This document shows positions 14,609 through 25,336 of a DNA stretch of 64,000 bases, piece after piece; position 1 is the stretch's first letter, and every line of letters starts with the position of its first letter. The stretch spans positions 4,216,001 to 4,280,000 of the forward strand of contig NC_081331.1 of the NCBI RefSeq assembly GCF_022539665.2, given 5' to 3'. Under the pieces are notes generated by a model. It saw only the letters and a list, made by a program, of their open reading frames with translations, was not told the origin of the DNA and searched no databases. The stretch comes from Daphnia carinata (taxonomy: Eukaryota). The translations under genes were made by a program, and so were the position numbers.

Positions 14609-14814
14609 TTTCAACTGAAAAGTTTACAAAAACATGAACCACATGAAATCTGCAGATCAGGAACCACTGGCACGGTGTACTTCTTCAAAATTTTAGCAGA
14701 CTGCTTTTCATAGCTTGTTTGAAATTATGTCCACAAGATGGCAGACAGTTGCCAAGGCAACGCATTGTTGTTTGAACAAGTAAATTTTTACAATTGTCAA
14801 TAATTATTGTACTC
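14609..14814. promoter_or_regulatory. Bidirectional promoter (ERCC2/CDK20) containing RFX X-box GTTGCCAAGGCAAC (14748-14761)
   Basis: Only 206 bp separate the divergent ATGs. The palindromic arms match the RFX consensus GTNRCC-N0-3-RGYAAC. Also AAGATGGC (YY1/Pho-like) and AGCAGAC. Confidence 0.75.
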
Positions 14815-16174
14815 ATGGAGAAATATATTGTTAATGGTAGGATTGGTGAAGGGGCACATGGCATCGTTCTTAGAGGAATCGACAAATCGTCAATGAAAGT
14901 AGTAGCCATGAAACGGGTAGCGTTGAAAAATATCAACGAACAAGGCTTACCCAACTCGGCTGTGCGCGAACTGCTGGCTCTGCGCTTAATCCGTCACGAC
15001 TACGTTACAAATTTGGTTGATTATTTTTCACAAGGATACTCGCTGGTTTTGGTCTGTGAATATTTACCAATTGATCTCAACGAATTTTTACGATCCAACG
15101 TGAAACCCTTGGCGATTAGTCACGTGAAAAGCTGTATGTTTTGCGAATCAATAGTTGACAATTGGGTACTTTGAACACTTTTCCATTCAGATATGTGGAT
15201 GTTGGCCAGTGCTGTCGAATACATCCATAGCCTCCACATCATGCATCGTGATTTAAAGCCGGCAAATCTTTTAATCGGTTTTAGAGGGGAACTGAAAGTT
15301 ACCGATTTCGGATTGTGCCGAGTCTTCCGTAATCCTGAATTGGTTGGTAGCACTAATAACGAAAAGGATCAAAAACTGTTCACTCATCAGGTCGCTTCCC
15401 GTTGGTACAGAGCACCCGAATTGCTTTATGGTTCTAGAACTTATGGCAAGTTTCCTTTGTGATGATAGTGCATTTTTACTTAATAACTAGTAGTACGCTG
15501 TTGCACGGCAGGTCCGGAAGTAGATCTCTGGGCCATGGGTTGTATCTTTGGTGAAATGCTCAAGAATTCTCCACTTTTCCCGGTAAGATAGCAGTCCTTA
15601 ATAAAAGTGATTAACAGCTGTTGAATTCTTTCTCTCATACAATGCTCTAGGGGGAAAATGACATTGGCCAACTATGCACGGTCATTCAAGGTAAAAAAAA
15701 AAAAAAAAAAGAAATAGTCGTAAAGCCAGATAGCATTTCCAAGATGAATGTTATCTCCTAACTATTTGATTACTTACAGTACTAGGTACTCCAGATGAGG
15801 AAATTTGGCCAGGTGTGTCATCGCTTCCTGATTTTCACAAGATTTCGTTTACAAACACCCAAAAGCAAATCTCCTTCAAAGAAATCCTAACTGAAGTAGA
15901 CGAATCATCAAGGATTATGCTGGAACGTTTTCTACGTTATTGTCCCAAATCCCGAATAACGGCACAAGAGGTATGGGAAAACCTGCTTTTTTAAAAGGAT
16001 AATTAGATTTAAATTTAATCTCTCGATCGTTTTGTATAGTTTTTGGAAGCTTCATATTTTCACCAAGAGCCGCCGATGACTCCTTTAAATGATCTCCCTC
16101 TTCCGGTTGTAAAACCACTAAATACAGCAACAGCTGAATTTGCCAACTGGGATTGGTCTGCAACACATTTTTGA
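14815..16174 (+). CDS. CDK20: Cyclin-dependent kinase 20 (CCRK)
   Basis: [18 protein letters not shown] helix, [35 protein letters not shown] intron at 15446-15511. The stop overlaps AATAAA. Confidence 0.92.
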
Positions 16175-16622
16175 ATAAAACTTTAATAAAGAAAAAAAAA
16201 TAGTATTTAAGTATTTTAAGTTGTTATGTAGAATTTTTTAGCGATTTCAAAATTCAAACCCAACCTATAGGATAGGGATAGACCTATAGGGAATAGATTT
16301 TCAAAGACGAAAGTTCGTCTTATGAGCTCGACCGAAACAGGATAGCTGTACGAAGGACAGGGTTTAGTCTTCCAGAATACTTTATATTATTGTTACCCTG
16401 GGCGGAGAAAGTTTCCATTAGGTCAAGGTTGCCTTGCATTGAGAAATAAGAAAGGTCACGTAGACAGAAAATGCAATTACCGGAGAAAGTTGGGAAGAGG
16501 AGGCACCAAGGGACAAACCAAAGGTTCAAGAACAAGGTGCGAAGCTGAGTGATGTTAGTCTTCCGTGTTCTTTCGCACTTGTTGCACTGCTATTGCCGTT
16601 GCCAAACACATTTTCTAGTATT

Positions 16623-17100
16623 ATGTACAAGAATAAGGTACAGTCATTATTTGAAAGTAGGCAACAGTTCAAATCTTACAGACCAGGGCTCATTTTTTCT
16701 TTTGCAGAAAATATGCCTCGTGTTAGCACTTTGTTTCCTTCTACTGCTGACAATGCAGAATTGCAATGCAAAGCGCGAAACGCTCAAAAAGTTATTTGGA
16801 TTCCTTGACTTTGATGCACGGGATGTGAAATCACCTGTGGCTGTGGCGCCCCGAGCACCCGTGGTTTATGTTCCACAATATAGATCCGCAGATCCAATAT
16901 ACTTGCAGCCGTTGACCAAACCGGTACCAGAGGTAAGTGCTGTAGGCCAGACTATATAATTAATACAATTTAATACATTTTTGTTTCATAACAATCAGGT
17001 CATGCTTGGTGGCGTCTCGCCATATTCGAACCTTGATGCTAATGGGAAAAACAATCCTGCGTTATGGCAGTATTCCAATTTTTATCCAGAATATCAATGA
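16623..17100 (+). CDS. Small secreted orphan protein (~113 aa). Exons 16623-16637, 16708-16932, 16999-17100
   Basis: Phase-0 GT-AG introns join MYKNK / KICLVLALCFLLLLTMQNCNA (signal peptide) to a Pro/Val/Tyr-rich mature part. AATAAA lies shortly downstream. Confidence 0.7.
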
Positions 17101-17784
17101 AAAACGTTAAATGACGTTCAAACGACTGTACTATTATTTACTGTTAATAAAATCTACAAATATTTTTTTCTTTTGTAAACGCTTTCAATCTCAAAGTTCG
17201 GAAGGTACCCAATAATGTGAAAATCATCAGTTAGACCCGATTAAGGTCGATCTTGATTAGAACCAAACACGCGAGGGCCAGCCAACCAGGTCAATTCAAC
17301 GCATTTGTTACGAGCCAGGTACCGATTAGGTGCTGTAGTCGTAAAGTATTTCTTTATCACGAAAGAAACTAAAAAGAATTACCGATTGCATGCTCTATCC
17401 TAGTGTGCTTAACTCAAACGGTTGATGTTAGTGATTAGACAGAGAATTCAATAGCCTATCTTGTTGAAAAGCTATAGTGAACTCAATTACGATGAACCGC
17501 GTGCCTCCGTATAGTACGTGTATGTTTGTTGTCTGCTTGAGTGCTTGTGCCACGATCTCACGAATCTGGAATATATGCCAATGGTAAACTTGAAATATAC
17601 GACAACGTCGCAATCTAACGATCTGGGTGCTCAGCAGTTGCCCAGGAGCAGACATTGTTTTGACAGAAGAGTTCCAAGTAAGTTCTCCTATTGATACCTA
17701 TACACAAACCAAAAGGACTTCAATCGTCAATTTAATTGTTAACGGATAGCACAGCTCAACGAAAAAATATTTTAGTACACTGAT

Positions 17785-19533
17785 ATGGCTTCAGCAAAGA
17801 AATCCGCCGAAGGAACGGACCTTGTTCAGCAAGCAGAGAAATAGTAAAAATAGTGCAAATTTTTCTATACTTTGATGTTATTAAATTTATGTTTTGTTTG
17901 CGGATAATTCTGTAGCTTAAAAACCTCTTTGTTAAAATGGAAGCCAGACTATGAACTGGCAGCAGACAGCTATAACAAAGCTGCAACCTGCTTCAAAACT
18001 GCCAAAGAGCTCCATAAAGCAAAAGATTGTCTGTACAAAGCATCGGATTGCTACAAGCAAACCAAAGCGTATCCTTTTTATTTCCTAGTTAATGAAAATT
18101 CTTTAATATAAGCAAATTTGGCCATAATTAATATTATTTGTGTAACATAAGATCTGCTACAGTTAAGAAATAGTAAAAAAAAAAACTGCAAGTCTGAATA
18201 ATCTAAGAGTTTTCTCAACAGTACAGATTGGCATTACTTATAAGGGAAATTGTATTAAATACAGTATATCGTAAAATTGCATGCAAATTGTCAGTAAAAC
18301 ATCTTCCTTGACTTAGCATTATAATGTCTGAACTCAGATACTTCTCTGCTGCCAAGTAAGTAGTCTATTTCAATCACCTATTAAGTTTATTGAAGCAGTT
18401 TATGATGATTTTTATATAGGAGCTTGGATCAAGCAATTCTTTTATTAAAAGAATTGCAGGATTGGAAGGAAATATCGACTATTGCACATAAGGCTTGCCA
18501 ACTGTTTCAAGAGCATGGATCTCCCGATACGGCTGCATTACTTTTGGATAAATCCGCAAAAATAATTGAGCCTCATCTTCCTGAAGATGCCCTTGTTTTA
18601 TATAAGTATACATTCAGAAGCAAACTGATGTACGATGTAAAAAAATCTCTTATTTAGGAGAGCAATGGAAGTCGTTATGGTAGAAGATCGGCCCCGCCAA
18701 GCATCCGAGTTTGCGTCCAGAGCTGGACGACTACTCGTCAGATTGGGAAGGTTCGTTTTAAATTTAGAAATGGAATACAACAGGAAATTAAATAAAGAGA
18801 ATAACATTCCCCTTTTTAAAGGTATGAAGACGCCATCAATATGCTATCAAAAGAGATGAACTACCATATTGCAGGAGAAAATCCAGCAGCAGTAGGAAGA
18901 GTATTGGTAGCTGTTGTTATGGTAAATATAATTTGGGTTTTCTTTTGTCAACCCGAGTTTTGGTTGATTCCCAGTATATGCAAATTGATTTTAGCTTCAT
19001 CTAGCTCGCGAAGATGTAATCGCTGCTGGAAAAGCTATACAAGAATGGGGCGGCAACGGTCAGCAAGAAGAAGTACGTTTTTTCGACTAAACATCCGTTT
19101 CTGATTTTAATTTTTATATTCTTTTTAATTAGCTTCAAGTAGCCATGAATCTACATCACGCTTTCGATTCTGAAGATGCCCAAGCAGCAGAGAGGGCACT
19201 CGCTGATCCTTTCATTCGCCACATGGATGTGGAATACGCGAAACTAACTCGATCCGTTCCATTACCCAAAGGGCTAAGTGAATTGGAGAATGCAGCTAGG
19301 CCAAAAACAAATCTAGAATCTCTTGTGGACGACATTCCAGCCATTGATGATGACGTGAGAATTACGCTAAGACAATTTCAACATTCATTACAAGTGCCAA
19401 AATCATCCTATTTTCCTTTAAGGACATCGAAAATGAATATGGCGGTGTTGCAAGGAGCTACAATGCAAATCCTGAAGCCGAATCAACAGAAATTAAAAAC
19501 GATGACGATTTAGAAGAGGGTGGATTATGTTAA
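17785..19533 (+). CDS. NAPG: Gamma-soluble NSF attachment protein (gamma-SNAP)
   Basis: AEKYLKTSLLKWKPDYELAADSY, EHGSPDTAA, PFIRHMDVEYAKL and C-terminal GGLC*. Includes the 18-nt microexon 18338-18355. Confidence 0.93.
18069..18337 (+). other. U12-type (minor spliceosome) GT-AG intron in gamma-SNAP
   Basis: 5' site GTATCCTTT (U12 consensus RTATCCTT) and branch sequence TTCCTTGAC at 18304-18312. No polypyrimidine tract. Frame is restored across it (KA-YFSAAK). Confidence 0.88.
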
Positions 19534-20026
19534 AAGTTGCGAAGACCTAGTCCGTTATTTACTCATTCCTTTTGGTGTTGTCGCATTTTTTGAATTTTTT
19601 TTCCTGCTGCCCGTTTAATTTTGCTGCTGGTATCTTACATGTATCTAAACATCAATGTTGCCTGTGTACTCCGAATACACAAATTGCTACTCCAACGCTG
19701 CTCATCAAATCTAGCTTCTGTCCAAACACCTTGTACGACAACACTGCAGTGATGCTAGCTTACCTACGCCTCCATACTCGCGTATGCGTAAACAATGCTG
19801 TATAAATTGCAAAGCAAGTTATATAACTATGGTATGGGTTAGTCAACATGAGGTCCACGATAAATTAGGCTATAAATTTAATTACAAATTAAGTTTAAAA
19901 TTATAGGGTTTGAGAAAAATAAAGAAGATTCGGAAATAAATCGTACAAGAATATCGTTGTAGATGGTTGCGGCCACCGTTAATTTTTTCAGCTAAAAACC
20001 GCCGAGTACTAAAAAAATATCAAATA

Positions 20027-21244
20027 TTACCCCGATGCTGCTTTGCTTTGCAAATTTTGGAAGTTATGTTGAACAGCTTTAGACAACAATTCGATCCAGG
20101 CTTTATCATCCTCGCACGCTATACCCTGAACAGTTTTCAAAAGATTGTCCACTTTAGATGAGAGCTTGTTGCCATGTCCAACAGCTAGTATCAGGTTTAC
20201 GGGAGCATAGAGGGAACAGATTAGGTCGTCAACTTCCGTACTCATGCTAGAAACGCTTTCGACTACAGGATCTAGTCTGTTTTGGTCGATACTGAAAAAG
20301 TAATTGAAGATAAAAGGCTGAATGCCTTTAAGTGTTTCACAAGCGTTCTTTTACCCATTGAAATTGTTGACCACTTTTTTCGTTTTTCGTATCAGCGCGG
20401 CTGCAGTTTTTACAAGACCTCTGACTGACGGCTGTAGTTCTTGTCCAACCCCATGAATCACGGTTTCATCGTCGGAATCGATTTCATCATTGGTTGAAGC
20501 ATCCACAGCCTAAAATAGATAAACAGAAATTAGACAGGACTAGTAGGATAAAAAAAAAAATATAAACTTACTTGTTCTAGTTCTTCGATTGCATCATTTA
20601 TTAATTCTTCTTCTCTACTTAGCACAGCCAATACTGCTTCTTTATTGTTTTGGGGCAAGGTTGGCAGTCTGTCACAAAATTCCCAGAGAATCCCAGTAGA
20701 TACAAGACAGGGCTGCAGAGTATCACTAAACAAAAAGAAACCATTTCAAAAAGTGGAATACAGGGCAAAGAAATAAAGTTATTAATACTTTTTAAGAATT
20801 AAATTCTGAATTGCTTCTACAAACTGCTTTAGACCCAAAAGCAAGGATTCCAACTCTTTCTCTATAACTTGAAGAAATGTTGACCCACAGTTGTAGGGTA
20901 ACAAAAGATAGCATCCTACTAATTGACTTGTTGCATTACACAAACTTCCAGCTAAACTTTTTGTTGTTGACACATCTGGAAAAGGTGGGCTACTGTGAGC
21001 AATAGCAAATTTTGTAGCTTCATGGGATAAGACTTTGGAAAATGATGCTAAATTTGAATGAAATTCCTGTAAACTATGTTCATATGGCTGCAAAGAAGAA
21101 TCTAGGGAATATGGAAAATTATATATGAAACTTGAGGAAATCAGCTTGGCACATACTCAACATACCTTTTTCTTTTTGTAAACTAGAAATAAGAACATCA
21201 CAGTTTGAAAAAATGTCATCAAACACTTCCGATATGTTACTCAT
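20027..21244 (-). CDS. CCNDBP1: Cyclin-D1-binding protein 1 (GCIP)-like
   Basis: SHEATKFAIAHSSPP, STGILWEFCDRL, INDAIEELEQ, EVDDLICSLYAP and WIELLSKAVQHN resemble CCNDBP1 blocks. Five exons with GT-AG introns. Confidence 0.85.
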
Positions 21245-21406
21245 TCCTCAGAAGTTATTGGTAAATAGGATTTTCGAAATCTGATGGGCCTTTCAGCAAC
21301 ACGAGTAAACGTGTCAATTATAACACCTTCTGCTTCTAGTTGTTTAGTCGTCTGCTCACTAGATATCGAGACAATGTTGCTAGATTTCAGCGAAAACCAG
21401 CCTGCC

Positions 21407-21443
21407 TGCCTACCTACTAACCTGCTAGGTTAGTAGGTAGGCA
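21407..21443. repeat. Perfect 17-bp inverted repeat (TGCCTACCTACTAACCT-gct-AGGTTAGTAGGTAGGCA), followed by short CACCAAC direct repeats
   Basis: Read directly from the sequence. Confidence 0.9.
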
Positions 21444-21614
21444 CCAACGGGTAACACCAACTAACAGTAGGTAACACCAACGGGACTACAGAATACAAAG
21501 CGAGGACGGTAACCATTGTGCCAGGACCGCACATCTCAACCAAATTTAGCTTTAGCTGTCCCTCATTCAAATAGCTAGCTTATGTATATATTAAGTATTA
21601 ACTTTTTGAAGTAT

Positions 21615-21677
21615 GGCGCTGTGGCATAATTCGCGGCTGCCATGCTGATTTCACGAGTTCGAATCTTTGTAGTGATG
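21615..21677 (+). pseudogene. Degenerate tRNA-like or SINE-head sequence
   Basis: GGCGCTG 5' arm, A-box-like TGGCATAATTCG (21622-21633) and B-box GTTCGAATC (21657-21665). The anticodon arm is disrupted and the acceptor stem is imperfect. Confidence 0.35.
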
Positions 21678-22176
21678 CTATTAAATTTTTTTAAAAAGAT
21701 ATTTAGTCAATATTATTTTGCAAAGCACCCCCTACCCTGCCCGTCGGCTTACGTGCTGTCGCCCACCCGTTATAAACAATGCTCGTGAACTGAAAAGTTG
21801 CTTATATCCAAGTTTCCATCCACATTCTAACGTTCCAAAACCCAATCCCACCGATTCACTTCAGCCGGCGGCGGTTTTGACGTAGGCCCATCCAGCCAAT
21901 CACAGCAAATGCACATTGACACATAAAACTCCTTCCCGTTTAATGTACTTTTTCTCTCCTTCATAAGAAAACAACTATAGATTTCAAAACATTTTCTTGG
22001 GCATATGCAAATCTGCTGGCAATGGCAATAGTTGAGATATGTTCAGTTCCTACAAACCAACACCACGTGGCAAATACTAATTAGAAAGAGATCGTTAAGA
22101 GAGAACTACTTGCTTATTGATTAAACCCAGGCCCCCACGTACACGACACAAAAATGCAATTTGAACGAATAATAGT

Positions 22177-23093
22177 TTATTTGAACAGGTCATTTTCTTT
22201 TTGGCGGTAGAGTTTATTTGTGTCCTTAGTATCTGGTGGTGGTGCCAATTCTTGCAAGTCCTTTAACTGAGCTCTACACCTCTCAAATTTTGCAAGGATA
22301 AATTCAGAATTTTCTTTGATGTCCATTGTTTTATTTTCCCGTAAAACCTTTTGGGAAGTAGTTTCAGTTTCTAAAGCTACAGCTTTAAGATTTTCGTGAG
22401 TCTCAGTTGCTTCTTTTAATTTTCCTCTGAAGACTACTTTTTTGTATTTTTCCTAAAACAACAATTTAAATTCGTCAGAAAAGTATCAAATGTAAAATGG
22501 AATACCATTTGGATATCACTCTTGATGCTCTCTATTTCTTTGAGAATCTTCTTGTGTTCTTTTTCGTGATGTTTGGTTCTTTGTGCTGCATCTTCAGGCA
22601 AGAGTACATGGTCAGGAACCTTTAAAATCACCTCTGTCATAAACCTCTGTTTCAAGGTTACAAACAAACAATGAGTGCATGCATCGGTACTGAAGTTGTA
22701 ATGTTCAACAATTTCATCTTTCTTTGAAGTGTTTTAAGGTGTTGATTTCTCTTTAAAATTGGAAAATATATGCATACTTCAAGCTTGCTGCAGATAGGCT
22801 CCATTTTTTTTGAAAATCTTGATCTTAGAAGATCTACCCCTCTGGCAATATTTTCTTTGGGAATATCTTCAAAGACAGAGCTTTCCAACAATGATTTTTC
22901 CATGACATCCATACACTCTGTAACAGTTGAGTCCAGTGTCCCAAGGACTAAATGTAAAGTTAAATTTTTACTTTAATTACATAGAGTAATGAGGTCGTAA
23001 CTTCGAAGCCTGTTTACCAAAATCAGTGATGGTTTTTGGTGGATAATTGAGTAACTGAGTGGCGTAATCCACGGAGGTCTTCATACTGTCCAT
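22177..23093 (-). CDS. MIS12: Kinetochore protein MIS12 homolog
   Basis: DYATQLLNYPPKTITDF at the N-terminus, LKVPDHVLLPED motif and a C-terminal coiled coil. Four exons. Confidence 0.85.
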
Positions 23094-23341
23094 AATGATT
23101 CTAGCCTCTAGATACTTATAAACATTAGCTCAATGTCATCGGCCAATTTTGAGTTTAAATGCAGATAACGATTCCTCTCTTCCCTCTTATGTATCGTACT
23201 AAATGTTTTGAAAAACGCTATTCGACTGTGAAAACAAAACCGTTTGAATAGAACACTGTTGCCGGTTAAACGATGATGTGTGGCGTGCAACTTGGTCCCA
23301 GCAAAGTCATATAGGGGATATTGATATATTCAACTATATAC

Positions 23342-23479
23342 CTGATGAATAAAATTGCTGTTGCAGGAAAAAATACAAAAAAACATCTGAGACTCGAGAA
23401 AACCTTAAAGCTGCGATATTAGACTCTGAAACTACTTCCCAAAAGGTTTTACAGGAAAACAAAACAATGGACATCAAGG
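23342..23479 (+). pseudogene. Inverted partial duplicate of the MIS12 last intron end and last exon (source ~22314-22478)
   Basis: Shares acceptor context, GAAAAATACAAAAAA, an identical 27-nt core CTGAAACTACTTCCCAAAAGGTTTTAC and AAAACAATGGACATCAA with the MIS12 sense strand. Carries an internal deletion. Confidence 0.85.
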
Positions 23480-24061
23480 AGGGAATATCCCCTCTAGAGT
23501 CAGTCTTCTCTATGACTCCGATGCCAACTAACCATATTTTATTCTTACTTGGCACCGTCGCAAAAAGCTGGAACTTCGTAAACAACAAAAAAAGAAAGTT
23601 TATTCCGTTCTCTAATCTTTTTTGTTAAATCTTATGAAACTTTCTGAGTTTTTGTAAATTAAGCTTTTTTGGGACCTTGTCCAATATGTAGGTTTCCTTA
23701 AATTATCTATAGAGACTAAAAATGTAGATGGTTAGACATGGTTTGAGCAATGTATAGTTTTATCTGGCATTATCAGCAAGTAAATTTTTAAGCCTTTACG
23801 CAACCATTCGTTAAAATCCAAACGTACGTCTTAGTCCTCGTGTTGTATTGCTAAGCACTTTTTCAAATGTTGTTATAGAATCCTGTTTGGGACAGGGTAA
23901 CATTTCTTATTTCTTTGGGTTGTAACCAAATGGTAAATTTTGGATTTCGTACATGATCATTTGCACCTGTACATGAGGTTGCATATGGAATATGGTACTC
24001 AACAGTATTGATGTTGTAATTGATTTTCTAATTTTCGTTTTTTTTTTTTTAGATAACTGGA

Positions 24062-25264
24062 ATGAATCCAAACAATCCACAGAATATGATAGGGAATTAC
24101 CCACTACATTATTTTCATGTAAATCCTGCAAGCTTAAACTGGCAGTGGAACCAAGTGGTACCTGGCCCTCCTGCAGTTAGAGGAAATTTTGTCCATGTCA
24201 ACCCAGCCTTCTTTCAACCAAATGTGCTTCCACCCCCAGAATTGCCCAACCCCAAAAGAATAATCATCAATCCCAAGTTTTTTCCTCATGTACAAGCTGA
24301 AAAGAATATTGGGATGCCTTTGAACTGTCAAGAAATGTATCATGCTGAAAGAGTTGTGCTTGTTCAAAACGATGAAATCCCATCTGTGGATAGACAGGCT
24401 GTTCAGCAACAAGTGAAGGCAAGTAAACAGCCAATTTCAACCTTGAACATCCATAACTCTGAACAGATTCCGCAACAAGAGCAGACAAAACCAAGTCCCA
24501 TTCGTCACCTTGCAGATCGTCGTAAACTGACAAAGTTCAATTTTACAAATCAGTCAGTGAAAAACAAATATAAATGGCGGAAAATGGAGAGCCCATTAAA
24601 AACCATTGCCATTAAACATGCCTATAAACTGGTTCGAAAATCCGCTGCAAAGTCTCCGAAGATAATTAATCGTTTTACCCAACGTGGGCAACACCACATA
24701 TTCAAGACGCTAACTCCCCCAAAATTAACAAGTACGCCAATTGAAAAGCAGCCCCCAGGTAATTCACGTTTTAAATTGGATAACCGGCTTGCCAAAACGA
24801 AAAAGAAGGCCAACAAGATTGCAAGTCCTCGAACGTCATTACCCAAGATTCTTCAAAGCAAATATAGACTGGTTCGAAACAAGTGTTGGAAACCCAATAG
24901 CCTCATTGTGGGGAAACTTGCTTCCAACCGCTCCAACGTAAGCCGCTCCGTTATCAATCGGTCTCTTGCCAACCGTTTCGTTGTCAATCGTAGTTTCACC
25001 AACTTTAAGTCCCCACTCTGCACACCATTGGCACATCACGGCAGCAAGCTTCAAAGGTTGGCTATTATTAATAAATCAAATAAAAGCATCAAGAAGACCA
25101 AAACTTCTAAAAAGAAGGCGCAGAAGCGTTATTATGATGAAGAATCAAAGGCCAAACCAGATGAAGAAGTCCTTGATGACGTGGATGTTGAGATTGTTGA
25201 AAAACCTTCGGGACCTAAAACGCGTACGCCGATAGGTGTGTTACCTTCCTTTATTACTTTGTAG
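24062..25264 (+). CDS. ZC3H3: 400-aa basic, low-complexity protein resembling ZC3H3 but without CCCH zinc fingers; single coding exon
   Basis: Long ORF downstream of a strong acceptor (T-tract AG ending ~24052). Motifs KNKYKWRK, SKYRLVR, RSLANRFVVNRS, KRYY and terminal LPSFITL recall the non-finger blocks of ZC3H3 (recognised from memory, not from an alignment). Confidence 0.6.
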   Translation: MNPNNPQNMIGNYPLHYFHVNPASLNWQWNQVVPGPPAVRGNFVHVNPAFFQPNVLPPPELPNPKRIIINPKFFPHVQAEKNIGMPLNCQEMYHAERVVLVQNDEIPSVDRQAVQQQVKASKQPISTLNIHNSEQIPQQEQTKPSPIRHLADRRKLTKFNFTNQSVKNKYKWRKMESPLKTIAIKHAYKLVRKSAAKSPKIINRFTQRGQHHIFKTLTPPKLTSTPIEKQPPGNSRFKLDNRLAKTKKKANKIASPRTSLPKILQSKYRLVRNKCWKPNSLIVGKLASNRSNVSRSVINRSLANRFVVNRSFTNFKSPLCTPLAHHGSKLQRLAIINKSNKSIKKTKTSKKKAQKRYYDEESKAKPDEEVLDDVDVEIVEKPSGPKTRTPIGVLPSFITL

Positions 25265-25336
25265 GAAATAGGTTTGTTGCAATAATTTTCTTACTGTCAT
25301 GTAAATACCTAGCTTTCTGTTGATTCATTTGGTTAG

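Noticed and set aside
21442..21490. Short direct repeats suggestive of a CRISPR array
   Set aside because: Eukaryotic context; the repeats are too short and irregular, with no spacers or cas genes.
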